DNA of 61,894 bases, the filler included, from Sphacelaria rigidula (taxonomy: Eukaryota): assembly GCA_964200075.2 (NCBI GenBank). It is 2 parts of 2 records of this genome, joined end to end, with 100 filler letters (N's around TTAATTAATTAA, not from the genome) between each part and the next. Parts side by side here need not be neighbours in the genome. Positions count along the whole stretch, not along the records: positions 1 to 30,988 come from CAXNAA020000055.1; positions 31,089 to 61,894 come from CAXNAA020000056.1. One strand, written 5' to 3'. Position numbers and translations under genes: made by a program. The notes beneath the pieces were generated by a model. It ran no database searches. It was not told where the DNA came from and worked only from the letters and a program-made list of their open reading frames with translations. This document shows, one piece after another, positions 27,496 to 54,822 of the stretch (position 1 is the first letter of the stretch; each line of letters opens with the position of its first letter).

Positions 27496-28225
27496 ATCGC
27501 TGAAGGTGGACGAGAAGAAAGGAAACGTATTTCGTACGTGCATCGAGCATGCTATACTGTAGCGTGACGCCGTACTCTTGAGTTTTTACTTGCACGAGCA
27601 GACAGAGGTACTAGCCTGCAGCAACCGTTTTTGAGAAACCGGCGCCGTAAGTCATCGATCGATTGTCGCGTGTTGACTGGTCCTCCCATGAATCCAGCCG
27701 CTGTCACAAATGTAGGTCCCGCAATCTAGAATGACGATCACGATGTGAAGCTCGAAGACTTTTTGAAACAAACGTCAACTCCGCTTGTTTGTGACGTGAA
27801 CATGCGCGCATGTGTGCGTTTTTCCTGTACCACTCTCTGAAACGGGGGGACATGAAAACACCAAACAGTCTGGACAGTGGCAATTGGCGCGGCAACTATT
27901 GGAATCCATGCTGGACTCCCCACAGTCAGTGAAGGGGCTCGACACGGCAGCAAAAGATGATCGTCGAGGGCGCAAAACCAAGAAGGACGGCACCTATATG
28001 GGTCTCTCCTCGGACGTTGTCCGACAGCTCAGGCTGTTTGTGGGAGGGGCAGAGGAAGCTGGGAGCGGGGCGATCCTCGGTGAAACGGCGGCTCTCACGG
28101 CGGCTGGGATGAAGATTCCACGTCCCGACGGTATAAGTTTCCACGTCGTGCTGAAGGCCCTTCTGAACGCGGGTCGATGGACGGACGCCATGGAGGTTTT
28201 GACCAAGATGAATGATGAGCAGTGA
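9023..28225 (+). CDS. P-class pentatricopeptide repeat (PPR) protein, ~797 aa, 11 exons: 9023-9669, 11598-11873, 15461-15575, 17408-17515, 18027-18202, 18779-18881, 20653-20807, 21509-21701, 24189-24308, 25569-25712, 27869-28225
   Basis: About 13 tandem 35-aa motifs (e.g. TVIYNATLAALSKCGRWREALSLLAEMQTRGVERD, EFCYNAAISACGKTGQFQLAIDLLREMESG, VQSYNALITACGRAKQWQLALMVLQLMPSKSVEPD) read in frame across GT-AG junctions with consistent phases. The start ATG (CCACCATG at 9023) and the last exon are less certain than the internal exons. Confidence 0.9.
10075..10860. repeat. Interspersed repeat, copy in PPR intron 1 (second copy 29800-30988)
   Basis: Shared blocks CCCCTCCGGCGGTC, CTRTCTGCCACCAYAAGATGCGACG and AAGCTTCATSAACA...TGTATGRGATTTAGT occur in the same order in both copies. 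Confidence 0.6.
12331..12549. mobile_element. Palindromic foldback element
   Basis: AAATTTTGACACGAT..CATGAGGTAT pairs with ATACCTCATG..ATCGTGTCAAAATTT. Confidence 0.65.
12600..12970. mobile_element. Palindromic foldback element (same superfamily as 4535-5150)
   Basis: Inverted arms GATGTACAGGACGTATGT/ACACACGTCCTGGACATC and GCCCCC..ACATTTATTTAT/ATAAATAAATGTAGGGGGC. Confidence 0.7.
13216..13404. mobile_element. Palindromic MITE, copy 1
   Basis: Termini TTCCACACCTTGGACA/TGTCTAGGGTGTGGAA and an internal GTACTGCAT/ATGCAGTAC pair. A second copy lies at 29121-29325. Confidence 0.75.
14210..14440 (+). repeat. Telomeric-repeat (CCCTAA)-headed interspersed element, copy 1
   Basis: CCTAACCCAAGCCCTAACTCCAACGAAGGCATACCGAG... 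matches 31375-31570. Confidence 0.65.
14945..15160. repeat. Interspersed repeat (second copy ~25060-25250)
   Basis: Shared TCGTACCTAACTTTACCC and GCAACACAAAATTCGGGAG blocks. Confidence 0.6.
15905..16930 (-). mobile_element. Array of G-tract-inserting short retroposons (family B long, B short, A short, A long) in PPR intron 3
   Basis: Plus-strand modules start after G-runs with CATGATCTTGCAT...GACCTCGCATCCC (B) or CTCATTTGCTGCTTGCC...GAGACGGAGCA (A). Homologous copies occur at 43.0-44.8, 46.3-46.6, 49.4 and 52.4-53.2 kb. Confidence 0.8.
18279..18312 (+). repeat. (TGTTGC)n microsatellite
   Basis: Read directly from the sequence. Confidence 0.9.
19625..19997 (-). mobile_element. tRNA-derived SINE, copy 1
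   Basis: The minus-strand head ACCGGTCGCCCCGGTGGCTCAGTTGGTAACC...GGTTCAATCC carries Pol III A and B boxes. The ~360-nt body is shared with 25722-26084 and 61423-61780, and it ends in a CA-rich tail. Confidence 0.85.
23800..24002 (-). repeat. Diverged third copy of the CCCTAA-headed element
   Basis: The reverse complement starts with degenerate CCCTAA units, followed by AGAACCCT..GGGG..TGCA..CTCAAACCGGCAC..CCAAAAT, collinear with 31400-31540. Confidence 0.4.
24450..24682. repeat. Interspersed repeat (second copy 32620-32832)
   Basis: Shared GTTTCAGTTCCGAA, GATATGCTTTCT, TGAAGCCCTTGATATCCCTG, TGTAGCTGTAAGCACACG and CACTCTCAATC. Confidence 0.75.
25722..26084 (-). mobile_element. tRNA-derived SINE, copy 2, with 9-bp TSD GTATACAGT
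   Basis: Homologous to the other two copies. GTATACAGT occurs at 25713-25721 and 26085-26093. Confidence 0.85.
27445..27494 (+). repeat. (CA)n microsatellite
   Basis: Read directly from the sequence. Confidence 0.95.
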
Positions 28226-29120
28226 GTTCATTGACTTTTCATCCTCCCCCCCCCCCCCCCCACCGTTGCGTTCCCTTTCACTCAGCTTCGTTTTCCTATG
28301 TATGTATGTTTGTTTGTTTGTCGTTCTCAGCTTCCTGTTCTGCATGTCTTGTACTTGAAAGGCTAATCGTTTCTGGAAACCCCATGGCTGTGCAGTGAGG
28401 GAGTTGGTCTCACTCAAGTCAACGTGGTACATGGCTGCACTGGTAAAGAGTAGGTACAACAGTGATGGGGTTCCGTGTCGATCGCCTTCATCAATACAAG
28501 AGTTATTGGAGATTTGTGTCGACAACTACCAGTGCATCAACAATCTAGACAATTCATTCAGCCACGAGCGGCGAGGGCGTAGCACGAGCTAAAACGGCCG
28601 CTCCAGCTGAGTGAGGGACGTCGCCGGAGGCTAAACAATACGGTACGCGTTTTAGCTTCATCTCTGTTGAAAATCGGGCCCCGTGACTCGTCGCCTGTGA
28701 GAAGCGTTTTGTGCGCATGAACTTTAATTTTGCCGGGAAATGTGGTGGCAAATATGTCGGCAGTCACGATCTATCCAGTATCGTTTGATGCTTTCTGAGA
28801 ATCGTCGGGGTCACTGTCAGACGTTGAGCTGTTGGCAGGTGTCCCCTCCCGAGTGGGGCTGTTGTTCATGCTCCTGGTCTCCCGCTTGGGGCCCGCCGCT
28901 GCTGCCTCAGTGCGCGCTAGCCTGTGAAAATGTTACAGCCAAACGAAGACAACAATGACGTATATATTCAGTGTAAAATGACTAAGCATGCGTAGAGATA
29001 ACACGGGGCAAATATGAAGGGCACGCAAGACTAGGCTGTTGAGACAACTATCGTGAACTCTAGACTCACATCTGAGCGTTTCGATCGCTTGTTGAGAAAC
29101 CGCGTTACAACTCCAGAGTC

Positions 29121-29325
29121 GAAAATTATTGACACGCTTGACAATATATGATCAAGAATTGCAAACGACAAGAAGTGTACTGGATAAAGTACAGGTCTGT
29201 TGCAACTGGTCGAATATATAGCCAATAGATGCCGTCAATAGTTGCAGTAGGCCTTTACTTTATCCAGTACACTTCTTGTGCTATTGCATCTGTTGACCAT
29301 ACTCTGTCCAGAGTGTAAAATCATT
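29121..29325. mobile_element. Palindromic MITE, copy 2
   Basis: ACAAGAAGTGTACTGGATAAAGTA pairs with TACTTTATCCAGTACACTTCTTGT. It shares TATTGCATCTRTTGACCATAC with the copy at 13216-13404. Confidence 0.75.
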
Positions 29326-29604
29326 CCAAGAATCGTTGCACTCTTTTTTTTTTCCGTCTCTTCTTCTCGTACCAATAACTGTCGAACAAGACACTCCAAA
29401 CGACCAAGAAATATTGAAATAATGCGAGCTAGGTCAGCTGAAAAGCGGCTGAACGTTGTCCACACTACAGCTTCCCCAGTTTCCAGAATGAACCCGATGT
29501 AATAAGCATATTACTGTGAAGTGCAGACCGCCCTGGTTACACACGGCACCGCCGCTGAATGAAATAAATAAATAAAATGTTCTGCATAATAACCTTAACG
29601 ACGG

Positions 29605-29700
29605 ACGAAAAAAAAGAGAATCTGTCGGGATTCGAACTCATGACCTCCATGATTGAAGTCTCCCGTATCACTTGAATAATGGGGACGCGGCTGTGTCACA
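29605..29700 (-). mobile_element. Degenerate tRNA-like/SINE head of a second family
   Basis: Minus strand ...GGAGGTCATGAGTTCGAATCCCGACAGATTCTCTTTTTTT is a B box followed by an oligo-T Pol III terminator. No intact cloverleaf is visible. Confidence 0.4.
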
Positions 29701-29799
29701 CAAAACGTTACACGCACGACCCAGTTCGACAACCCTTGAGCTGAAATGTCACGAAGGCCTTTTGCATCCAGGGAAATGACACACTGCGGGAGCAGCTGC

Positions 29800-30988
29800 A
29801 GATTCTCCTATTTTTCCTGGACTTATGCAAGGGTGCCCGAAACAAATCCCAGACTCTATGTTTCCCCCCCCCCCACTCCCCCTCCGGCGGTCCGAAAATA
29901 GGGTTGAAAAACAAAACGAGGTTCAACTCTAAAGCTGTGTTTTCCCCGACCTAAATTCGTGATAAATGACTTTCATACGGACGCCGTCATCCCTCCCGAC
30001 CTTCCCAAGACTATTTCGGAGGATTTATAGCCTTCCGTTCCCCCAAAGGGTATGTGCGAAAGCAGACTTTTGCCTCGATTTCGGGGTGAAAAAAGGGCGT
30101 TTTTTTCGTCCCAAAAATCGTGCTTTCGCATATATCCTGTGGGCGTACTGAAGGCTAGAATTCCCCGAGATAGTGTTGGGAAGGTCGGGAGGGATGAGGT
30201 CGTCCGTATGAAATTCATTTGTCATAAATTGAGGTGAGCGAGAGCACGGCTTTCAAGTTGAACCTCGTTTTGTTTTTCGACCCCATTTTCTAGAATTCCC
30301 TGTTTTCGATAGTTGACTCTGTCTGCCACCACAAGATGCGACGTACAGAGGACGCAAATTGGCGGCACACGTGGCTATTTCGCCACCTCCGAATATGCCT
30401 CCGAAGAGATGAGCGGTCATCAAGAGGCAAAACAAGCCTCCGGAGTCCTTGAATCCCCCTGGAGGAAACCAAAGACCCCCGCTCTGGAGGGCGGCGCACC
30501 CCTCCCTCGGAGGAGTTTGGGGGTAGGAAAATGCCTCCAGAGGGATGCGCGCCCTTCCGAAGGCGAGAACAAGCCTTCAGGGCGTTCAATCTCTCTGAAG
30601 GAAAGCAAAAACTACACTTCCAGAGGCATTTCATTCCTCTGGAGGCGTTTAAACCCTCGGAAGGCTCGAAAATTGACCGTTCTAGAGGAATTGTGGGGGC
30701 AGCCGAATGGCCGCGTGTGGGTTCAGATAGATGCGTCCAGCTTGATTTTGCAAGCGTTGCGTAGCATTGTAATATTCGTCTGAACTTGTTCTTGTCGCGG
30801 AAGTGTGATGTGCAGTGCAGTGCAGTGTATTGCAGTGTATTGCAGTGTATTGCCCAAGCCCGGAAATATAACGTGGCCTCACTTGCCCATGAAGTCTTCT
30901 GAAGAATCAAAGCTTCATCAACAAGAGTTTTACATTTTATTTTATTCATGTATGGGATTTAGTTTTTTTTCTCCCCCCCCCCCCCCCC
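29800..30988. repeat. Interspersed repeat homologous to 10075-10860, carrying nested insertions
   Basis: The same collinear blocks are interrupted by the 29895-30290 palindrome and a CAGTG/CAGTGTATTG microsatellite. Confidence 0.6.
29895..30290. mobile_element. ~400-bp palindromic element nested in a larger repeat
   Basis: GAAAAACAAAACGAGGTTCAACT pairs with AGTTGAACCTCGTTTTGTTTTTC, and CATCCCTCCCGACCTTCCCAA pairs with TTGGGAAGGTCGGGAGGGATG. Confidence 0.8.
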
Positions 30989-31088
30989 NNNNNNNNNNNN
31001 NNNNNNNNNNNNNNNNNNNNNNNNNNNNNNNNTTAATTAATTAANNNNNNNNNNNNNNNNNNNNNNNNNNNNNNNNNNNNNNNNNNNN
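30989..31088. other. Artificial scaffold spacer (N44-TTAATTAATTAA-N44)
   Basis: Exactly 100 nt with a six-frame-stop linker at 31033-31044. Smaller 10-N gaps occur at 10606-10615 and 16620-16629. Confidence 0.95.
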
Positions 31089-31374
31089 CAATCCCGGGGA
31101 GCGGTGGATTCTCATTTCAAAATACCTCCTCATTTTTCTGGCAACCCTGTTAAGTGTAGAAGACAGTGCTGTAGGTTACATGGGTGGGCGGTCTGAGCGT
31201 ACAGAGCACAGGGGTGTTCCTCCATGCGTTTATCAAACTGAAGGATAACCGGACAGCTCCTGGCATGTTTGACGGATCAAAATGCCAAAATATCGGGTAT
31301 ATTCTACCCGACCGAGGTTAAGTTACCACTTGGTATTGGTGAGAACTTCTCGGAAATCTATTATTTCGAATAAC

Positions 31375-31570
31375 TCTAACCCTACCCCAAACCCTAACCC
31401 TAACCCTCACCCCAACGAAGGCATACCGAGAACCCTAGGACATAGGGGGTGCAAAGTGCTCCCTACGCAAAGTGTGCGTTGCCAAACCTCGAATCGGCAC
31501 GGTAGGCGGCGATTTAAACCAAAATGCGTTCTGGGCACGCTAGGAGCACGCTAGGAGCACTGCTCCCATC
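31375..31570 (+). repeat. Telomeric-repeat (CCCTAA)-headed interspersed element, copy 2
   Basis: CTAACCCTACCCCAAACCCTAACCCTAACCCTCACCCCAACGAAGGCATACCGAG... Confidence 0.65.
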
Positions 31571-31907
31571 AAAGATTCGCACTTTGGTATCCGCACTGAA
31601 TCCAAGTCGGACCAACAAACCCTTATACCAAGGCGTGAACTCTACTGATCCGATCTGTTTTTGAACGATTGTACATAAAGGTTTCGACCTCCACAGGTCA
31701 TTGTGGATGTCAGAGGGGGGCGCGGATAATTCATGTTGGAGGGGGGTACGGATGATTTTGGGCTCATCTATCTACAGACGCCCAGAGCTGTTCGGGTTGT
31801 GCAGGATATATTGTACTAGCAGCCCCCCCATGTGCCTCATGCCCCAATGCTGACTGATGACACCGCACAAAGGCTTCTAGTAGTGTAGAATACAAAGAGT
31901 GACAAAG

Positions 31908-31910
<3 letters not shown>

Positions 31911-31950
<40 letters not shown>
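31911..31950 (+). repeat. (CT)n microsatellite
   Basis: Read directly from the sequence. Confidence 0.95.
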
Positions 31951-31953
<3 letters not shown>

Positions 31954-32619
31954 CTTGGCACTGCCGCTAACCCCAATCGCCGTTGGAACAAAACCATCTC
32001 TCTCTTCTGTTCGCAAGGTTTCAACGAAAACAAATATATGTCTTCAAGTTACCTGCCTGAAATCGATCACAGGCCATATGCCCCAGATCGATTCCGGACC
32101 CGCTCCGAAAACGACAGTTCGTTCCTGATCTCACGAACATGTTGTTGGATGCTGATGTTGTTGAGCTTTGTTGTGAAGTGTTTCGGACCTAGCTTTGTGT
32201 TGGAGCCACGCGTGGGATCGCCAATGAACTTTGACACACTATTCAAAGTGAGGCGTGGCGATGTTTTTCCGTCCTTTCCTCTTCAGGTCTAATGTGTTAT
32301 GTCTCTCTCGTTGCGCGATTGTTTCACACGCGCGCACGTACCTGAGGTGGGTTCAACGGAACGTTACTACAGTAAGTATGTAGCGGCATCGCGTTTTTGT
32401 TTACTCCGGAGTATTTTATCACGAACCACTCGACGTCCGCGTAGTATAATGATGGAACTTATTTTCTGTCCTCTACATACCCGTCAGTTGGGGTCATCGT
32501 ACGCGTTCAGCCAGTCAAGGTCCCCGTACAGCGCGATACACCGCCGCAGTTTCAACTCGGGACTCTCGAATTCAATAGTGGTTTTGGTAAGATTGAGGAA
32601 GAGGAAATGGTTGAGGGTT

Positions 32620-32832
32620 AGAAGCGGTCAATCAATAAATAAATCGTTTCAGTTCCGAAGTGAACCTCCACGAGCCCGGATATGCTTTCTTTAGTAGCTT
32701 GCCACTGAAGCCCTTGATATCCCTGAATAGGATATAGACATGTAGCTGTAAGCACACGCCAGTATTCCAAGCAAAGAAAAGCGGGAAGAGAAACTGGTCG
32801 AGTCAAAGTGGATGATGAAAAACACTCTCAAT
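32620..32832. repeat. Interspersed repeat (homologous to 24450-24682)
   Basis: The same blocks occur in the same order. Confidence 0.75.
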
Positions 32833-35800
32833 CCCCGCTTAACTCCCAATTTCGCGAAAACGTTGCTATTTGTGAACGTTCGTTCAACCAAGAAGACCCG
32901 CGCCTCAACTTGTACCAACAATGGACTAAAGCACAAGAACACTACAGGATACAACCTTAAGAACCATTGAGGGAAGGTAGGGCCCGTTCTTGATAGGGGT
33001 ATGCTTCGAAACGTCCGATTGATTCTCCCATCATTATCCATCCGGAGAAATAAAAGAACGACAGTCGGCTTCCCTCATCTTCCTCGCAAAAAGGTAAAGA
33101 AACGACAGTTGGTTGTATGCGACACGATTTGGACGCATGCCCCACATTCCACATCCCATAACACGGTGTCATACCAGCACAGCAAGCGCCTAATATCGTG
33201 TTCACCCCCCGGGACAGCAAAATCGTTGAATGCACTGACGTCGTAGTCCGTGCAGTAGCGGGGCTATGCGCCCCCGACCCTGCACGAAACTAGCAGCAGT
33301 GCCGGTTTCCGCGGGTCGCTATTCATACCTCGAAACGGAAACAATGAACGCGATGGTGGAGGAAATGAATGCCCTGCAATTTTCCAGATACAGAAGAGGA
33401 GATGAATGCACACGGAAACGATTCAAAAATGGACGAAAATGGCCCCGTTTTTCATCGTGATTAACAACGCTTATGAATGGGCGGATCAAACCAAACGTGT
33501 CAAACGTCGTGGTGAACCTGAGCTTTAACAAGCGAAAGTGCACACGAGCTACCGTTAGACCTGTTTTTTTCAGTGAATTCAAGAAGTTTTACGGGGTCTC
33601 CAAGTTGGGGTAGCCACCATTACCAGGCGGGATTCCATGAAGATAAAGTATCAAGTTTCAACGTCAAACTCCGAGCCTCAAGTTGAAGCCCCGACCAGCA
33701 ACGTAAAGGGCATTCAACTTGAAGGCCGAGGTGACAACGTTCAAGCTGAAGTGAGTGATGCCGGGATAGCCCCTCCACACCAGCCTCGAATCTGTGGCGA
33801 AGACACTGGCCATACATCGCATGGTAGATGGGTTCAGACTACATGAAGAACCTCATATGGGCGACATAATATGTGCTTGAACGATCCCGAGCGTGGAGTT
33901 CTCGGTTCGCTCGGCTTTTGTCATTTTGAATCGCATGTGAACTTTGTCTCCTCAAAGTAGTTATTCTCTGAGAGGGACGGGTGCACTTTTTGCGCAAAAT
34001 TTTGTCTAGTCCAGGGGCTCCTGAAAATTCTAGATGAACAAGAAAATGGGTCAGGGCACCCCCGTGTGCAAACTCATTCGGGACATCCCTAGCAGGTTGG
34101 GCTATTAGTACTAGCGTACTCTCACATATTTCATACGTCGTGTTTCGGATGACATGAAGGGCTCCTAACAACTCAAACCTCAGAAAATATTTGTGCACCC
34201 CTACCGTAGCATGCACATCCCTCAGGTTATCCGCTGAATCGGCATCAATTTCATTCGAAAAACGTATGCATGATTCAGATGGACTACCGTCGCGGTCTCA
34301 GGGTGGTATGTGGGAATCTCGAGTTGAAAACCGCCTGTAATAGCCTGGATCCGATTTTGAGGTTTAACATTTGGGAGAGGTTCAAGCGGTCATCGAAATT
34401 TCATGCATTTTGTGCAATAGGCTCGGGGTACGCAAGCAGCTTCGACCATGGCACTTGCGCCAGAAGCTTTGATACGGCAACCCAAGCATGATGAGGAGTT
34501 CATAAGAAAAACCACCGTCGTCAGGGTGCGGCGGTTTCCGAACAGAAGGACGTGCCTCTACGCGCTACGGAACACGTAACAAAGCATGCTGAAAACATAC
34601 TTCTTTGGACTAGTCATCGAGTTTTTGAGCGCCTCTTGTTGAGTATCTGAGAGAGACTTCATACTGTTGCGCCGGCGACGACCGCCGTCAGCGAAACAAT
34701 CCAATACGGCGACAGACGCCAGCGGTCTTTGAAACGCAGCATCATTCAGCAGTCTACTGAAATAAACTATCACCCGAGTACAGCATCACTACAGTACAGT
34801 CGTCAGTTGAATAAAATGGATGCCCGACAAAAACGCTGCACACACACAACGGGGGTTAGGGTTAGTCCCACGCTTGGGGTTGTTTCGCCAGTAGCACCCA
34901 TTAGAGGCGCTTCATCCAGTCTGAAGCAGCTTTCACGCCTTGTATGATCACTTCCGCCGTGGTTGTGTTAGGAACTGGTCTCGGGGTGGGACCGTCGAAG
35001 CATACTGTAGTGCACAAAACGGTCAGCAACGACACGTTTTCGGTTGTTTTTTGACACGCACGCAGCCGTCATTCGTCCAATACGGAACGGATTTCCGTCA
35101 AACAAAGACTGTCGTGTGTAGATTAGCTAGGGCTAGAAGTGAAAATAATGCGCGTGAGTGGTGGGAAACTGTCCGTTTTTTTTCGGGGCTGGGTGTGTAG
35201 GTGTTGTGTTGCCCGCGTGATGCCTGCAGCATTACACAGACCTTGGATCTGCTTGGACTAAGGACCATTTCTAGACCCGCCGCATTTCTGAACCTGCGTG
35301 CAGATCTGGGTTCCAATCTGTAAAAAACATCTTCTATTTCCAGAAGCACTTCAGCGTACCGTACCCCCTGGAAAAGCCAGCAGAGATCATGACCATTGGG
35401 AATACGAACATATCGGTATATCGGGCGAGGAGCAATGGCCAGCAGATCTACTGCACCTACAGCTGCAGTTGATACCATAGGCAACCTTCGAACACGTGTA
35501 GTACCCTACGGTCGCCGTGATCGCGCGTGGCTGCGTGATTTGTGTCATCTGTTTTCGGAAGCGCTTTAGCTTGATGTTTGTGCCCCCGAACTATCCATGG
35601 AAGTATCGTGATTTATTGACGATACGAAACCGTTCATGCATCGACCCGGGAGCAACGACCGACGGAACTACTGCACTCGCTGCGGCAGGCGAGACTGTAG
35701 GCAAGTCTCAGACACGCCTAGTACCGTATATTACACCTCATCACGCGTGTTGGCATGCTCCACATTTTGTGTTATCGAATGCGCCGTCGCCCAAAAAAGA

Positions 35801-36151
35801 TGAAATGAATTATGATTACACGAACCATCCCGCATGTCGAGCGAGAAGCAATTTCCCTCGGGACTCCTACATTTACCGCTGCAGTATGTTTCGTAGACTA
35901 CCCATAAGAACGGCGTAGTCCTCCACAGCCGCGGTTATCGAACACAGTATCGTGCTTCTTGTTTCCGGGGGTACGTTTGCTGCCCTCAATTTCGGGGGCA
36001 CGAAAGGCCGGAGTGTTCCAGCGGGCGGTAACTCAAGTGCCCCGAGAGCACTTTCATCATCTCCCCGAGATCGAAGTCACACCTCACATCCATGAATGTT
36101 ACTATTCTGCCCAAAACGACCAATTTTGAGTCCTATATCGATTATCCCACA

Positions 36152-36599
36152 TAACAGCCGCTCACCGAAATTGAGCATGGAGCTTTTCATTAAGGGTGAT
36201 AACCCAGAGGATTAAAATTTCTAAATATGGTTCCATTCCTTCACCTACTGGTAGCTATTGACAACTGCTACACGCCCTGCAATTTTGGATTTCGATGACC
36301 GAAATTTTGTGGTCCTACATGAAGAAACAGTTTCGGGGAATTTAGGTGATCCGATCGGATCGCCGAAATTCCACGAAATTGTTTTTTCAGCTAGGACCCT
36401 AACATTTCGGCCATCGAAGTCCGAATGTGCATGACGTTAATCCCAAATTTGCATGACGTGTAGTACATGTCAATAGCTACCAGTAGTTGGAAGAATGGAA
36501 CCATATTTCGGAGATTTGGTGTAGATACCAAGATTTTAATCCCCCGGGTTCTCATCCTCAATGAAAACCTCCATCCTCAATTTCGAGGGTCAGCTGTTA
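36152..36599. mobile_element. ~450-bp palindromic MITE flanked by TA (Tc1/mariner-like)
   Basis: TA|ACAGC...GCTGT|TA ends, a CTACTGGTAGCTATTGACA/TGTCAATAGCTACCAGTAG pair, and a central GATCCGATCGGATC. Confidence 0.8.
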
Positions 36600-38440
36600 C
36601 ATGCAGCAACGAACACCAATTGGCACATTGGGTCATGCACCAAATAGAAACGCGGTGGACCTATCATCAATTTTTGGTGGTTTCGAAATCAGCACGCTAC
36701 AAGTTGTCGCTCCAAAACAATGGGTTCTTCCCAGAGCCCCGCTACCACGCGTTCGGCGAAATGACAGTAGCCAGTAAGTTTCGGGACGGAGACGCGGCAG
36801 GCAGAAATTATCCGTTGAAAGTAACCCTGTTCCCTCCATCTCGCGCTCGGTTTCTTCCTCTTATTTTCACGCCATAGCGTCTCACCCCACATCCAGATCA
36901 TCAGACATACGACATCGGCCGCTATATACTCAATGAGAGCGACGGTCTGAATACTTCTTCCTCAAGTGATGGGATGCGGTGGGTGTCTTAAGGGTGTCGG
37001 AGCTGCAGGCACAGTGGTTGCGCCCCACATGTATGGTGCCTTGGGATGAAGTGACTCTTCGAATCGTCCAAACGATTTCACAAACGTCTGAACCCATTTC
37101 CAGCGAAGACATCCCCAAGATCGGTTTTCGTTGTGCCAGATATGTAACTACTGTTGCAGTTGCACTCAGCTTTCCTGCCGTAACAAACACGGCCCGACGT
37201 TTTCTCAAAAACGTCTTCTCCAAGTCAACAGCGAACATCTTCCAAACTCTTTCCCATTGAACCAAATTCGGAACTGCTGCAGTTGCACCCAGCTATCCTG
37301 CCGTGAGAATGCTTGAGGTGACTCTGCCTCAAACCAAACCACTCCCACCACAGTCTGTCGAATAACATATATACATGTACCGCTGCTACAACACGGGCAA
37401 CTTCTACTTGTGAATACCCTCCCACACGAAATATATATTTCAGAGTTTAGTACACCCCGCAACTCCGAACCATGGCACGTCAGACACACTTTGTCTATTC
37501 CTCCCTCAACATACTGCGCTACAGCTTTGCACTTTGGCTTTCTGGGCTCGGCCACACAGCACCACGCATCACAAAATGGGGCCAGGTGTTCCACGTTCAA
37601 AAACGACAGCAACCACGGAGCGCATTCCAATGCGCGAAACATCCAAAACAAAGGAACGTAAAAAGAAGCAAAAATTAATGGTATCAACCGCACCACCGCG
37701 GCAACTGTGCATTGCATTCACGAGACGTAAAAAAATCTGGCCACTTCCAGTCGCGGTAGCAGTAACAACAGCAACTTAACTTACTCGAGCACCGCACCCA
37801 CGCACTTCAGGAATGCGTCCAACTGCACCCGTGAATCAGCACGAGCTATCACCGTTCACATGATGCTACAAACGTGTCCGTCTTGCACTGCACTGCCATA
37901 AGTAAGTAGAGCCATTCGAAGGTGTTCAAAAAAGACACAAAATACACACGGGACGCGCGCTCTCATAAAGTGAGCAAATCACGTCGAGCTGGCAAGCTTT
38001 TGCACGGAGTTCTGAACTGAATCAGTGCCGTAGTTTTTTACTCTTCCGCTTTGCCTCTCAGTGTTTAACTTGCAGAGTATCGTAGGTCACGGGATATATT
38101 ACCCCGGGCGAATAGAAGCCCAAACTCAATCTTAAAGTAGGCTGCAGCGGCCACGTCACCGAACGTTGTGCCACCGTAAAAGTCCCGCAGAGTCCCATCC
38201 TAGAGAAGGATCCTGTAGCAGTGCGGGGCCTTTCTCACTGGGAAAATCGAGGTTGGGGGCTCATCGCCCAGGTGATACCTCCCGTGTCTTACGGTAGAGG
38301 CCTATCTATTGTCGAGGATTCCACTGTTCGTTGTACGTATTTGTAAATGTTTTTTATGACCACTGCGTACAACCAAGACATATGGACACTCGGATACTCG
38401 ACAGCTACGCACACGGCACACCCGCCATTTCAGCGTCGTG

Positions 38441-54822
<16,382 letters not shown>

